The notes beneath the pieces were generated by a model, which was given only the letters and a program-made list of their open reading frames with translations, was not told where the DNA came from and did no database searches. From Selaginella moellendorffii (taxonomy: Eukaryota > Plantae > Lycopodiophyta): a stretch of 64,000 nucleotides of DNA. Shown here piece by piece: positions 24,868 through 36,898 of the stretch. Both the position numbers and the translations under genes were made by a program. Every line of letters begins with the position of its first letter. The stretch's first letter is position 1. Location: the NCBI RefSeq assembly GCF_000143415.4, contig NW_003314316.1, positions 453,220-517,219 of the forward strand, written 5' to 3'.

Positions 24868-26031
24868 TGTTGCTCGTCTTGTTGAGGAGAAAGAAGCTCT
24901 TTAAAATGTCCTGGTAGTCAAATAGAAAGTAGAATCAAAGTGACATTAATCCTCCTCATAAGCTTTAAAAGAAAAGGTCTCACCTCATCCCAACTTTGTC
25001 AAGATGATGTCGCAAACATTATGTGAATTGACGACAAATTGCTGCATGCCCTGCCCGTCAGCATGATACGTGACTTATAGTTTAAATAAAGGAGAATAGA
25101 GGGAAAGAGAGAAGAATGTTTGCATGACTAATGCTACCAAACAACGAGATCTCTCCATGCATTCATTCTCCAACTCCACGATCGCTCCCTACGTCCAGCT
25201 ATTGGAGGGATCCTCTGAGATCTTCCTGAAAGAGGTTGTGATCATAGAGATTATTATAGAACAAGCCTGAATGCAGAAAGCTCAGATTCATCCGTGGTCC
25301 TTCACGGAGCACAGTACTGAAGAACAGCATAAGCAGAAGCACCAAGAAAAAAAAGAAAATGTAATTCTTCCAAGGCCATCCTAAAGAAAAATCGCTCTGA
25401 TCCTGGATCCTGGGAATCGCTTGTGCCCTCGCCACTATATTCTAAGATTGTCATTCTGTTTTACTGTTACTGTGCTTCGACTAGCATAGAACCTAACCTA
25501 TCTCCTTTCAACAATGTGACATAAACTTGACTCTCAGGAAAGGGTGGTAGGTAAAATGTCACACTAAAAAAATAACAGGATACAAAGTTGTGGACAAAAG
25601 AGTTCCTCACTTCTCTTAGATGAGTTCGTAAAGCAAAACTACTTAGAACACCCAACCTTTAGATCTTCAACGCTCTCCCCCCTGGAAAACTCCAGAACAA
25701 ATTTAGTTCTTCCAACCCGCTTAATTCAGAAAATTTGTCAACGCAATTAAGTAAATGGCTTTCGAAAGGGTGGAGACCATCCACCTCCTTGCATCACTAA
25801 ATACTATTTGGAAAATAGAGCTCCTAACATTTTCACTCAAACTTGTGAAATCTATGTAATCCACAATTCGCTTAGTAGATTACCAAGGACTTGTCCGTCT
25901 GTGCTCAGCACATTGTAGCTATGCACAACTATCTAGCTGTTTGAAAAAAACTCCTGGTAGAAAGTGGAAACTAGCTCACAAAGAAAATGACAACAATGAT
26001 CTCCTTGATCACAAGTTCTCACAAGAGCTCA

Positions 26032-26649
26032 TCAAAGAGGTTTCACAAACATTGCCCGATTCACTTGAACTAACGACAAATCCCCGATGGGCTGAATTGC
26101 CTGTCCACCAGCAACTGTTACTGGCTCCCGCGTGTGATCATCTAGAGCAGAGCTTACCAGTTAGATTGAGTGCCAGGAATTTGTATGATCAAACTTACCC
26201 AACAACGTGTTGAAGGACGAAGCTGGGGGTGTTGCCAGATGGTTCAGGCTCACGTAAGCGAGGAGAGTAAACGGAATTGCAAGCATGAAAAGCCCAGGAA
26301 CCACAACAGCCCAATACCTGCGAGAGCTACAGTAAAACCAAAGGCACTAGCTTTGTGGTGTTTCCAAAGCTTACCTGTCGGGATAGTATGTTATTCCAAG
26401 ATAATGAAGCCAAGGTTCGGGGAGATACGCCCAGATAACATACACTCCTGGATTCGTAGTTCGCCACTGTCAGCGATTCAGATTGAGAATCTAAAATATT
26501 CGCTCACCAAATGCGATTATGGTTGAGATCGCTCCCACGAATGCATAAACCTCTGCGGGCTTTGTTCCTTGACTCTTGCGTTTCTCGTGATCCTATAATC
26601 CAGGAGAAAAGAATAATGGAAAAGGTTGATCGATCGCTTGATATACCAT
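26032..26649 (-). CDS. PIGP: GPI-GlcNAc transferase subunit PIG-P (Gpi19), 5 exons
   Basis: Spliced translation M|DHEKRKSQGTKPAEVYAFVGAISTIIAF|GVYVIWAYLPEPWLHYLGITYYPDR|YWAVVVP..|..PIGDLSLVQVNRAMF, with canonical GT-AG introns. Confidence 0.9.
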
Positions 26650-27094
26650 TCACTTGTCGGCCTTCTCTCCGGGCCGTGGAACTTTCTTGTACTCGAAATT
26701 GTTGATGTCTACTTGCTGCTGGATTGCCTGCATTCCAGAAACAATTAAATCTTAAGCAAAGATCAAGAGCACGCGGTTAATCACCTTGAGCTCTTCCTCG
26801 AGTGTGGTGGGTTTCCTCTGCTTGAAGTTCTTGAGAATCCCCTCCTTGGAAAGGGCCTGCGTCACTTTTAGAAGCTCCCAATCCCTCTCGTCGCGCTCGT
26901 GGACGACCTCAGTTCTAGAATCCCAGAAAAATCAATTAAAGCGTAAAAAAGAATGCTTGTTACCTCCCAGCAACGATCTGAGCGATGCCAACGTAGCCAA
27001 TGACGGACCCAGCTATGATCGGGAGGCCGAAAAGAAAGAACCGATTCGACCCACTCAGCCTCCGTCCCTTCTGGATCCCCCGCACAGTGGACAT
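26650..27094 (-). CDS. COX16: Cytochrome c oxidase assembly protein COX16, 3 exons
   Basis: RFFLFGLPII..(TM)..DWELLKVTQALS..TLEEELK|AIQQQVDINNFEYKKVPRP. Telo-box TAGGGTTT upstream. Confidence 0.85.
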
Positions 27095-27754
27095 TTGCTC
27101 TAAGCAAACCCTAGCTGAAAAAAACTTGTAAAAATTGGGGGGATTTCTGAGAAGCCATATGCAATAAGGAAAAACAAGCTGTGAAAATGAAACTCTTAAG
27201 AACAATATTGATTACGATTGCAATATAGTGTCCGTCCATCCTAGATCTGCTTCAGTAGCATTGCAAATGCTATCACCATTGACTATGTGCCGGCTACCAA
27301 TTTTTCTTGCAGGCGTTCCACACTGATATCCTTTTCCATCTCCAACCCCTGGTCCTTACAAGTTATCTCCAAATGCTTGATGAACTCCGAATATGACGAC
27401 AGAACCAGCTTTCCACCGTTGCCAATTTCAAGCCATCGGGACAAAGAATGCCATTGTTTGTCATCACTATTACATATATCTCCAAACCATGACCTTTGTT
27501 AAGATTGACGAGACAATTCCTGCAAGCATAGAATCCACCTTGAAATCTTCTCCAATTTATGTCCAAACTTTCTCTAGGGAATGTCTCAAGCCCAAAATTA
27601 TAATCTCCAAGAGCAAGATTCTCTTTTTTAACAAAGAACTCAGGTTCGTGGAATGTAAATAAAGAGCTACATTAGCTTGCAGACGTAGATAACTGAGACT
27701 AGTGTTAGAAATCTACCAACAGGGCTACGAGAAGAAAGAAGAAAATCTTCATGA

Positions 27755-28129
27755 TTACTTGACAACTTCCTCCGGAATATCTTCCTCTTCCTCGTTCTTG
27801 AGCTCTTCATCTTCCATCTCTGCAAGCCAAGCAAAATGCAAAGAGTAAGAAAAAACTAGACGAGAAACGGAAATGGTACTTACTCTGGATTTCCTCGTCG
27901 GTGAGCTCCGGAGCGTCCTCTCCCTCGACAGCCGGAGCTTTGTCGTCGACTTCTGCCGCTGCTGCGTCGTCCTCCACAACAATCACTGGAATCGTTGCGT
28001 CTTTATCCGTCGTGGGATAGTAGTACTCGGATTGAGTGTCCTGGAAACACAAACAAGATGGAAAGAAAAGAGATGAAGATCAAGTTCTTATAACCAAAGA
28101 GAAAAAGTGAGCACCTGGTAAGAAGCCAT
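27755..28129 (-). CDS. Small acidic protein of unknown function, 3 exons (predicted)
   Basis: MASYQ|DTQSEYYYPTTDKDATIPVIVVEDD..|EMEDEELKNEEEEDIPEEVVK*, with plausible GT-AG introns. Confidence 0.5.
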
Positions 28130-28352
28130 TGGAACCGTCGTATAGAAGTGAAAAGCCCAAAGCCCCCTTTAAAAACGCACAAACTGTACCGAAACTCACT
28201 GAGAGTGAGACACGCTTCACTGGCAAACTTTCCATGCAATGGAAAAATATGCAGCTTGATTCATGGCAGTCTCCGATTGGTTACAAAGAAATAGAGGAGA
28301 AACCAAAATTTTTACCACGTACCTTTAAAGAGCGCTCGAGAAAGTTTTGATA

Positions 28353-30444
28353 TTACAAGTCAGTATTGGTGGTGAAAGTCTTGACAAAACTCGCCAGTAG
28401 CTCCTTTCCTCCCAGCTCGTGAATCTTGGCCAGTGCACGCTTCTCGATCTGGCGAACTCGTTCTCTAGAGAGGTTGAAATGGTGGCTCAGCTCCTCCAAA
28501 GTTCTGTCCCTTCCATCGCCAATGCCATAGCGGAGTGTCAGGACTTCCTTCTCCCTGGGCTTCAGGAGATTGAGCACTTTGTCGAGCTGTTCCTTTAGTA
28601 GCGCCTTCTCGGCAACTAGAAGAGAGGACTCTACTTCCGGGTCCGGTAGGATTTCCTGTAGCAAAAACAAGAACAGAAAAGAAAAAAATTAACAATTTCT
28701 TAGTGTCGCAAGAATATGGTTTTGCTTACCAAAAGAGTGACGTTGTCGCAACCTGGTACATTGTCGTCCAATGACTTTGGATGTCTCATAAGATTGGCAG
28801 CCAGATGGACTTTTTGCGCAGTCGTTCCAAGGATCGTGGCCACTTCCTCGTTTGTTGGAAATGTACCACGTTCTTCGAAGATCCTGGCTCTCGTCTTTAA
28901 AACTCGAGTGTGCGTATCAAATAGATGCATCTGAAACACAATGTTTCTTTTAGATTTCAACTGTACTTCTCGAAGTGAACAGGAGCTTACAGGCACTTGG
29001 CACATTATGCTGCGTTTCACCGATGCCCTCCTTACGGATAGCTCAATCCACCAAAGTACGTACGTTGAAAGCCGGAAACCTCGAGATGTGTCGAACTTTT
29101 CAACACCGTGAAGTAAACCGTTGATCCCTTCCTGCAGTACAAAGCCAAGTTGATAAATGCATGAAGAAAAACTAGCTTAACAGAGAAACTTTAATACTTC
29201 ACCTGTATAAGATCCTCTATCGTCGTCCCCTTCAACCCAAACTTTCGGGCCACTTTGATCACGAGCCCGAGATTTGAAGAGACCATGTTGGTCCTGCATC
29301 TTTTTGCATGTTTGAGCTTCCTCCGAAGCTCTTGAGGTTCTATTTTCAATGCCTCGGCCCATTCTCTGAATGTTGGTTCACGTCCAAGCTGCTCGCTCAT
29401 GCTGGTAAACAAGGCTTCCATTTTTATATGCTCCTGAGATTAAAAAACAACGCACAAAACAGTAATTTAGCCAGCAAGCTCAGCATTTCATCATATATCT
29501 ACAAAGAAAGTACCTTGAATTCCCACCTGAATACCATTGATTGCTTCCAGCTCCTCGGAAGCAGACATTCGAGTCCTCCTAGATATTTGTGGACAGTACC
29601 GGTCTCTGCCTACGACTTTTCTCGATCCGGCTGGAAAAAGTCCTTTGATCGTCTCCCCATCTCCGTCCTCCATCTCGTTCTTTCTCTTCTCTGCTGCCTG
29701 TACTCTTTTCATCATCCTTTGTTTGCGCCTCCTAGAGGTAACCGCTACTTCCACGTTGTACTTCCTCTCTAAGCTCTCCGTCTCTGTTGAAAGAAGTTCA
29801 TTGGCTTGCAATGCAGTTTCTTCCGCTTCTTCTGTTGTCTCAATCCTCGCCACCTCTGGAAGTTGGATGCTCTGCTCGAGTCCCAAAGTTGATCCAGCAA
29901 GTGGTTCGTTCGCGAGTTCCATTTCGCCAGAATCATCAGCAATGGCCTCGGCAGCTTCTCGAGCTGCTAGAACCGCCGCCCTTGCAAGAGCCATGGCTTC
30001 CTCGGCCGCAGCAATAGTCGTTGCCTCGTCACTAGCCAACCAAGCCTCAGTCTCTGTAAAACTGGAAGTGGTGGTCACTGCTCTCACTTGTAAGGTGTCA
30101 GCCACCTTCCATCTTCGTTCTGGGCCTTCGTGATTCCTATGCGGCAAAGAACTCCCAGCTAAGAAAATAAACTTCTATGGCATCAGTAAACGACTTACCA
30201 TGCTAGAACCGAGCTCCAAAGCCGTGGATTTGCATTGTGATGATCCAATTTTGCGAAGCATCCCCTCCTTCTGGAGCAAGGCTTTTGACGTCTCAACGAA
30301 GAAGTGCCTGGAAATTGGATAGAAACCACTCAGCGAGAGAATTCCCACTTCTTCCCACTTACTTGGAATGCCAGGCGATAGAACAGAGCTACATTCCAGC
30401 ACTGCGCCGCCAGTCGCAGCTGCCAAGCCTGCTACCACTGCCAT
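28353..30444 (-). CDS. Nuclear-encoded plastid sigma-70 factor (SIG2/SIG6-like, divergent)
   Basis: AAAEEAMALARAA in the N-region, LGREPTFREWA, NLGLV, EKFD..STY..WWI, and region 4 RTLEE..LSRERVRQIE. Confidence 0.9.
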
Positions 30445-30813
30445 TGCCTCAATGCTACGACCTCGTTCTCATATTTCCAGATCCTAGTCCTCAAATTCGC
30501 CGCCATTGCCCGATTGCGGCCATGGCAGCGCTTCCAGTCCAAGAATTCGCTTACAAAATTATTTGTGCAGCGCCATCGCTCCCATTTCCTCGGCGACGAA
30601 CTGCCATATCCACAAGATTTTCGTTAAACCCTAGCAGTCGTGGCAAAAGAACCACCATGTTAAACCTCAGCCGCTGGATGTCTCCAGCTCTCGACGGCCT
30701 GGATCCACATCTGGTTGAGTGGGCCAGATTCGCCCTGTTATCCAGACATATCTTAGCCTTCCAAAATACCATTCTCATATTTTGAAGATTAAGATTCTAA
30801 CTGATTTTATCAA

Positions 30814-30818
30814 GCGGG

Positions 30819-30861
<43 letters not shown>

Positions 30862-30886
30862 GCGTGTTCGATCCACGCTCACCGCA
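30814..30886 (+). tRNA. tRNA-Phe(GAA)
   Basis: GCGGGGATAGCTCAGTTGGGAGAGCGTCAGACTGAAGATCTGA..GTTCGATCC..CACCGCA, a typical plant cytosolic tRNA-Phe, followed by a T-rich tract. Confidence 0.97.
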
Positions 30887-31156
30887 TTTCTTTTCTTCTC
30901 TGTTTTGCTAATAGAAACTTTTGACGTGTGAGGAATCTTTTGTCGACAACTTTGTTGATGTCATAGTATGGTACATTTGAATGTGATATTTTACTATCTC
31001 TTTGAATTCCGATGTTGCTAGAGAGACGCTAAGGTGACACCACCTGAATGACAATCTGACAAGATCACGAAGTTTCACGGATGGAACTTGTTTATGCTAG
31101 CATGGGGACTATAGAAGATCCACAGTGCCTTTATTCCATATGATCAAAGGCGTCAC

Positions 31157-31655
31157 TCACTCGTCCTTGTGACGATTGACACATTCGTCACTGAGTGAAG
31201 CACATCGCAGGAATCCATTTATGTTGCCGATGCAATCGTTGAGATCCAGAGTGCTTGCGACATAGTCGCCATCGGTGTTCTTGCACTCGCCCTCCATCAT
31301 GGTGCCCGACGTGAGATACTCAATCCCCCGGCAGTCCTCGAGCCCGTATGTGAACCTCTCCCCGCATTTGAGCTTCCCATCCTCGCCATAAGTGATGCAC
31401 TTGGAGATATCAACGGCTGAATAGAACTTCCATCCCCTGTTGTTCATGCATTCGGCTTCGAGCACTGGCCCCTTGACGAAAATGTCTTTGCAGCTGTCTG
31501 CAAAACCTTCACAAGCCTGCGAAAGAGTTCCAAGATCAGAAAACTGGGATCGACAAGATCATCTCACTTGCCTTGGACGTAGAGGCAGTCAGTGCTGCCA
31601 CAAGCAGAAACAAGAGGAGCATAGAATTGCCAAGAGGAGAGGAAGAGGAAGCCAT
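31157..31655 (-). CDS. Secreted cyanovirin-N homolog (CVNH) lectin, 2 exons
   Basis: Signal peptide exon, then FADSCKDI..LEAEC..G..SAVDISKCI..GKL and a second repeat EGECKNTDG..STLDLNDCIGNINGFL. Confidence 0.82.
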
Positions 31656-32002
31656 GATACCAGAAGGCGAGATCGCCTCGGATAATATAGTACTAGACTA
31701 GCAGGTTCTGGGTTCGAAACCATTGTTCCCAAGTTTCATATCCACATCAATCTGCCAGCTACGATAACGCTAAACCCTAAACCCCAAAGAGAATATTTTC
31801 AAGTATAAGCATATCCAGTTCCATCAATTACTGACACTTTTTACACACATCGACACTTGTCACCAGTGCAATCGACACGCGGCTGCACCATGCCTCAAAA
31901 CGGGCGAACTTGGAGCATTTGAGCGCGAAGAGAGAGAACGAACGGGTTAATCGATCGATCGAAGCAAGCATTTCCAACGTTCACAGCATTCACACAGCAA
32001 CA

Positions 32003-32374
32003 ATGGCGTTTAGGTCAGTTCTCGTCGCCTCGAAGAAGAATGCCCTCGGTCAGTTGCTCGTGAAGAAGGAGTTCCTGGCAACATCGTCTGTCCTGCTCAA
32101 CAAGGAGGCGGGCACCGCCGAGTCCATGGCGCACAAGGTCGGGGACAAGGTCGAGAAAGCCGGGGAGAACCTCAAGGAGACGGCCAAAGATTCTAAGGAA
32201 CCCGCCGAGAGCGGAATGCGCGAACAGGTCAGGAGCGCCGCGGAGAAGATTGGCGACGCCACCGCGAGCGCGGGCGACAAGATCGAGCACTCGATGGAGA
32301 GCGAAGGCGGCGGCGAGGAGAAATCCAAGCTCAACAAGAGAAATCTCGAGGACAAGCAAGTCCTCTCCAACTAA
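32003..32374 (+). CDS. LEA-like hydrophilic protein with possible organellar transit peptide
   Basis: AHKVGDKVEKAGENLKETAK and AAEKIGDATASAGDKI repeats; basic N-terminus. Confidence 0.65.
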   Translation: MAFRSVLVASKKNALGQLLVKKEFLATSSVLLNKEAGTAESMAHKVGDKVEKAGENLKETAKDSKEPAESGMREQVRSAAEKIGDATASAGDKIEHSMESEGGGEEKSKLNKRNLEDKQVLSN

Positions 32375-32417
32375 ACCCTCTTGTTAAATTAGGGTTCTTT
32401 GTAATCCGGCCAAGTTT

Positions 32418-32580
32418 CGCCACGTGTTATATTCAAAGCTATCTTTTCTATAATAAAACCTCCAAATTACAAGAAAGTTTTTAAGTCGTCGGTGGTTACT
32501 GGCATATTTATTCAATGGGCACCTGTCCCATGGATTTGCCACATACGTGTCAAAAATCGAGGTGCCATGCGTCGGCACCT
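32418..32580 (+). promoter_or_regulatory. ABRE/G-box and DRE-like elements upstream of the dehydrin
   Basis: CCACGTGT at ~32420, TACGTGTC at ~32545, GTCGGT/GTCGGC cores, then a TATAAG box at ~32598. Confidence 0.5.
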
Positions 32581-32734
32581 CAGGGCCTCTCGATTTGTAT
32601 AAGAGCTGAAAGCTCCGCCCTCAGGAACTCATTCTATCTTCGATCGATATATCTGTCTTATCTAGATCTTTGGCTTTGTCTTGTTTTCTCGATCACAAGT
32701 TCTCTTCGCAGTTCTTTTGATTCTCACAGCGCTC

Positions 32735-33157
32735 ATGGCCTCGATGATGGAGAAGATTGGCGAGAAGTTCGGCAAGAAGGACGACGAGCACAACAAATTG
32801 GGCGGGCAGACGCACGAGACGCACGGGCTGGGGCAGCAGACTCACGGGCAGGGCGCCGGCTATGGGCAGGACGCCGGCTACGGGCAACACGGGCAGGGCG
32901 TCGGCCACGGGCAGGGCGTCGGTCACAACCCGGGATCTACTCCCTATGGCGCCACCACTGGCACCACCGGCACTGGTCACAACCCGGGATCTACTCCCTA
33001 TGGCGCCACCACTGGCACAAACCCGACTAGCGGGCACACCGCTACCGGGCAGCCCCAGAAGAAGGAGGGGCTTATGGACAAGATCAAGAAGAAGAAGAAC
33101 CAGCACAAGGAGCGCAAGGAGGGCGACAAGAGCAGCAGCAGCAGCGAATCCGACTAG
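32735..33157 (+). CDS. Dehydrin (K-segments with terminal S-segment)
   Basis: MMEKIGEKFG, KKEGLMDKIKKK, SSSSSESD*. Gly/His/Thr-rich repeats including a duplicated GHNPGSTPYGATTGT. Confidence 0.9.
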   Translation: MASMMEKIGEKFGKKDDEHNKLGGQTHETHGLGQQTHGQGAGYGQDAGYGQHGQGVGHGQGVGHNPGSTPYGATTGTTGTGHNPGSTPYGATTGTNPTSGHTATGQPQKKEGLMDKIKKKKNQHKERKEGDKSSSSSESD

Positions 33158-33473
33158 AGATGATAAAATTTCCACTACTATGAATAAGTTTCCACCTATG
33201 CTTTCTTCTTCAGATGCTGAAGAAAGAAGAGTAAAAAAAATGTAATGTTTTTCCTTTGTTTATAAAAAAAACCGTATACTTTATTGTAAAATGTGGAAAA
33301 TGTGTTCCTCTCTCTTTTTAAAAGTAGGATATTCTGTTGTTTGAAACAAACTATTCCTCGGGATTTGATCGGCGCCGTTGCTACTGCTAGCGGCTGAGAT
33401 TGGCTTCTTTGCCGTAGAGCAGGGTTAGGGTTTATCGGCGGCTGCTGGAGGAGAGGGGGAGGAGGCGAGCGCT

Positions 33474-34310
33474 ATGGCGGAACAGGTATGCGTCGTCTGG
33501 ATTGATCGCGCGCCGCATTGATCGAGTTTTTCGTTGTGTAGACCGAGCGCGCCTTTCTCAAGCAGCACAAGGTCTTTCCCCTGTGAGTGGATCTATTTTT
33601 TTTCTAGCTTCGCGTGTCGGTGCTGAGGGTCTTTGTGTGATTGATCAGAGGGAAGACGTCTGGGAAGAAGAAGAGGCCCGGCAAGGGCGGCAGTCGTTTC
33701 TGGAAGAACGTCGGGTTGGGCTTTAAGACTCCTCGCGAGGCGATCGAAGGTATAACTCTCGGATGCGTTTTTACTGGATCTGTGATCGATTTCATCGTCT
33801 GTGGCTAGGCACCTACATCGACAAGAAGTGCCCATTCACCAGCGACGTGTCCATCCGTGGCCGAATCCTCACTGGAACTGTGGCTACAACCAAGATGACC
33901 CGGAGCATTATCGTGAGGCGAGATTACTTGCACTATGTGAAGAAGTATCAGAGGTGAGTGTTAGGCCCAAGTTCTTCCAAGTTTCTTCTTTCGTCCTCGC
34001 GATTCTCTCGCGATTCTCATCCAAAAAATTCTTTTTTTTATTCAGGTATGAAAAGAGGCACTCAAACGTGGCAGCTCATGTGTCGCCGTGCTTTCGTGTC
34101 AAGGAAGGAGATAAAGTGATCCTCGGCCAGTGCAGGTTAGTCAAGATCGTAGCTATAGAATTGGATTGGAACAAAATTCTCTGTTCTCATTGATCGATCC
34201 ATCTCTTGTTTGGCAGACCTCTTTCCAAGACGATCCGGTTCAATGTGCTCAAGGTGATCCCGCGAGGAGCCTCCGACGGTGGCGCGAAGAAGGTCTTCAC
34301 GGCAGCTTAA
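33474..34310 (+). CDS. RPS11: 40S ribosomal protein S11 (uS17), 6 exons
   Basis: MAEQ|[42 protein letters not shown]. Telo-boxes upstream. Confidence 0.97.
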
Positions 34311-34451
34311 GAGCTTTTTGTATGTTTCTTGAAAAACCAACGGCCGAGATTACTCTACGAGTGTTTGTTCGAAATCAATGCCTGCGATGCGTTCAAAGCT
34401 TGAGTCTTATGGGCTAGGGTTTTAGGAGCTCGGAGAGAATGTAGCGTCGCA

Positions 34452-35739
34452 ATGGAGCTTCCGCGATCGCCTGGGGCAGCGTCGGCGCCTCTCTGGACGA
34501 TCGCGGAAGAAGATGAGTTGCCAGAATCGGCCGCGCTTGTCAAAGATCGTCTTGTCTATGGCTCGGCAGGCTCGGATTTGCTGGAAGCGGTGTTGGATGA
34601 TCGCAGGCAGGGAGATCGCGCTGAGAAATCTGGGATTTCGGCTCCAGATCGATGGTCCCCGGGGAGGAGGCTCAAGAAATCGCGCACGGCTCCAGCCATG
34701 ACAAGCGATTACAGCAAGCGGTGCGGCGATGATGACAAGCCTAGGCTTGAATCGGCGGCACGCATCGCCAGGCAAGCGGCAGTAGGATTTTGCATCTACA
34801 TTGCGATCGGCGTGCTGATCTACGTGTGGAGGCGCGATGAATTCTCGGGCACAAGGACTCACACGCTCGTCGACGCCCTGTATTTCAGCATCGTGACGAT
34901 GTGCACGATCGGGTATGGGGACATCGCGCCGGTTTCGTCCACCACGAAGCTCTACTGCTGCGTTTTCGTGGTGATTGGTATGGGATTCATCGACGTTTTG
35001 CTCAGTGGAATGGTCGCTTACATCCTGGAGAGGCAAGAGGAGCTTCTCATGGGCGCTGTGGAGGGTGGCCGCCATCAAACTGCGAGGTGCGTCTTGGTTA
35101 ACACGAGAGGTATGTTCTAGTTGGATCTCAAACACTTGCAAGGCTGAGAGTTTTTTCCTTTGTTCTTTCAAGGACGTATGAGGAAGCGAATGAAGGTGGT
35201 TCTAGCACTGGCGGTGGTGATCGGGTGTGTGACTTTGGGGACTTTGGCTGTGCACAAGCTGGAGAAACTTAGCTGGATGGACTCGTTCTACTTGTCGTGC
35301 ATATCGGTGACGACGGTGGGATATGGCGACCACGCGTTCGAGAGCCTGGCGGGAAGGCTGTTTGCTTCGATGTGGCTGCTGATAAGCAGCTTGGCTGTCG
35401 CTCGGGCTTTTCTATTTCTCGCAGAAGCCAGGATTGCGAGGAGGAACAGGCTGATTGCCAAGTGGGTGCTTACGAGAGAAATGACGGTCGGTGATCTAGT
35501 TGCAGCGGATATTGACAACAATGGCTTTGTCAGGTATGTGCCATCCATTATCTACGTTTGCTAAAACACTGCCTTTTTTGTTCTTTCTTTGCAGCAAATC
35601 CGAGTTCGTGGTTTATAAGCTAAAAGAGCTCGGCAAGATTTCTCAAGACGATATAATGGAAGTCTGTCGCCAGTTCAATATTATGGACCGTGACAATTCT
35701 GGAAGAATCACGTTGTCCTGCCTCAGTGATGCAGTTTGA
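34452..35739 (+). CDS. Two-pore K+ channel (TPK/KCO) with C-terminal EF hands
   Basis: Two selectivity filters (TIGYGD and TVGYGD), DIDNNGFV, DRDNSGRIT, and a 14-3-3-type KSRTAP motif. Confidence 0.93.
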
Positions 35740-35849
35740 AGCCCATTTGCTAAGCCTTTCTTGTCGACAGCGCGTAAGTTTCTGCGGCTACGGTTTCGTA
35801 CACGAACTAACCATACTTCTCTTTGCAGAAGTTTGCTGGCAATTTTTTA

Positions 35850-36800
35850 TTCACTAGCGAATGAGTTATGCACTCTTTAGAGCAGTTTACAGGTCCGGCT
35901 AGTCAGTGTGACTGCTAGAAACAACGAGGGGCAAGTGGTGAGCACAGTGATTAGATTCCGTGAAACTGTGCAGCAAGGGATTTTAGCAGAAGGAAGGATT
36001 ATCTTATCTACTCCGGGCACTAGTTGGACGTTTACGTGCGGACAAAGTTGAAGTATGCAAGGATGAGTTTACGGACGTTTTTAGCAGCACTTCTCTGCGG
36101 ACGTTGAAAGAGCTGTTACACGCAAGCATGGTGGAGGCAAGAGCAGTGTCCAACAATATGTTCGACACTTTGGTACTGGGCTATGCGGTGACAATTAGTA
36201 GCGGACCTTTGTTTGCTGCACTTACGGCCTGTAAGAGGCACGGAAGAAGCAAGACTAGAGCGTGGACAAAGTCTGAAGAAGTGAAAGGGATGTGAAGCTG
36301 CAAAAGCCAATCGTTGTGCAACATCTTCGTGGGAAGCACTCAGCTGATATGTGTGGACGTATGGAGGACAGATTGCTCCGCGACAGAGTGGTCTCATAGA
36401 ACGCTTTGCTGCTGGGATATGTGAGCAACGACCTGGCTTTGGATCTATTCCCGTATATCGAGTTCTACGAAGGCCGCACTCAGGGCTTGTGCAAGCGTGG
36501 CCAACTTAGAGCAGGCTTGTGAACTTGGGCACAGGGATGTATGACCGACGCTCGCAAAGTTTTGGAAGTTATGGTTACGCATGACGTGGATACTGGGCTA
36601 CGTGGAGAATGAGCTCGCTCTGGAGCTTTTGAAACGGATGCAGTCAACTGGTTGCTCGAAGTCCACAACTTGATGCTGCTCTCATGGCCTGCGGAAAATT
36701 GGTGGATATGATGGTCGGAAGAACGGAGGTTCTTAGACGTGAACTTGAGAACAAGAAGACAGCCTGCCTGGTGAGCCATCAAGTTGTTTGCGTCGAACTC
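35850..36800 (+). pseudogene. Degenerate PLS-class PPR remnants
   Basis: Fragments such as AALTACKRHG and ILGYVENELALE; no continuous frame. Confidence 0.45.
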
Positions 36801-36898
36801 GCTAAGAAGTGATCCTCAAGCTTTTCGATGAGAAACTGAAAAGAGCTTTTCGACGAAATGGACGACTTTTTTCGGTTAGTGGGGTTTGCTTAGAGCAA

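Noticed and set aside
25140-25900. Short ORFs between the SAM-like gene and PIG-P
   Set aside because: No recognisable motifs or consistent exon structure.
34310-34452. RPS11-TPK as a bicistron
   Set aside because: The 141-bp gap contains its own telo-box and no linking intron; compatible with separate genes in this compact genome.
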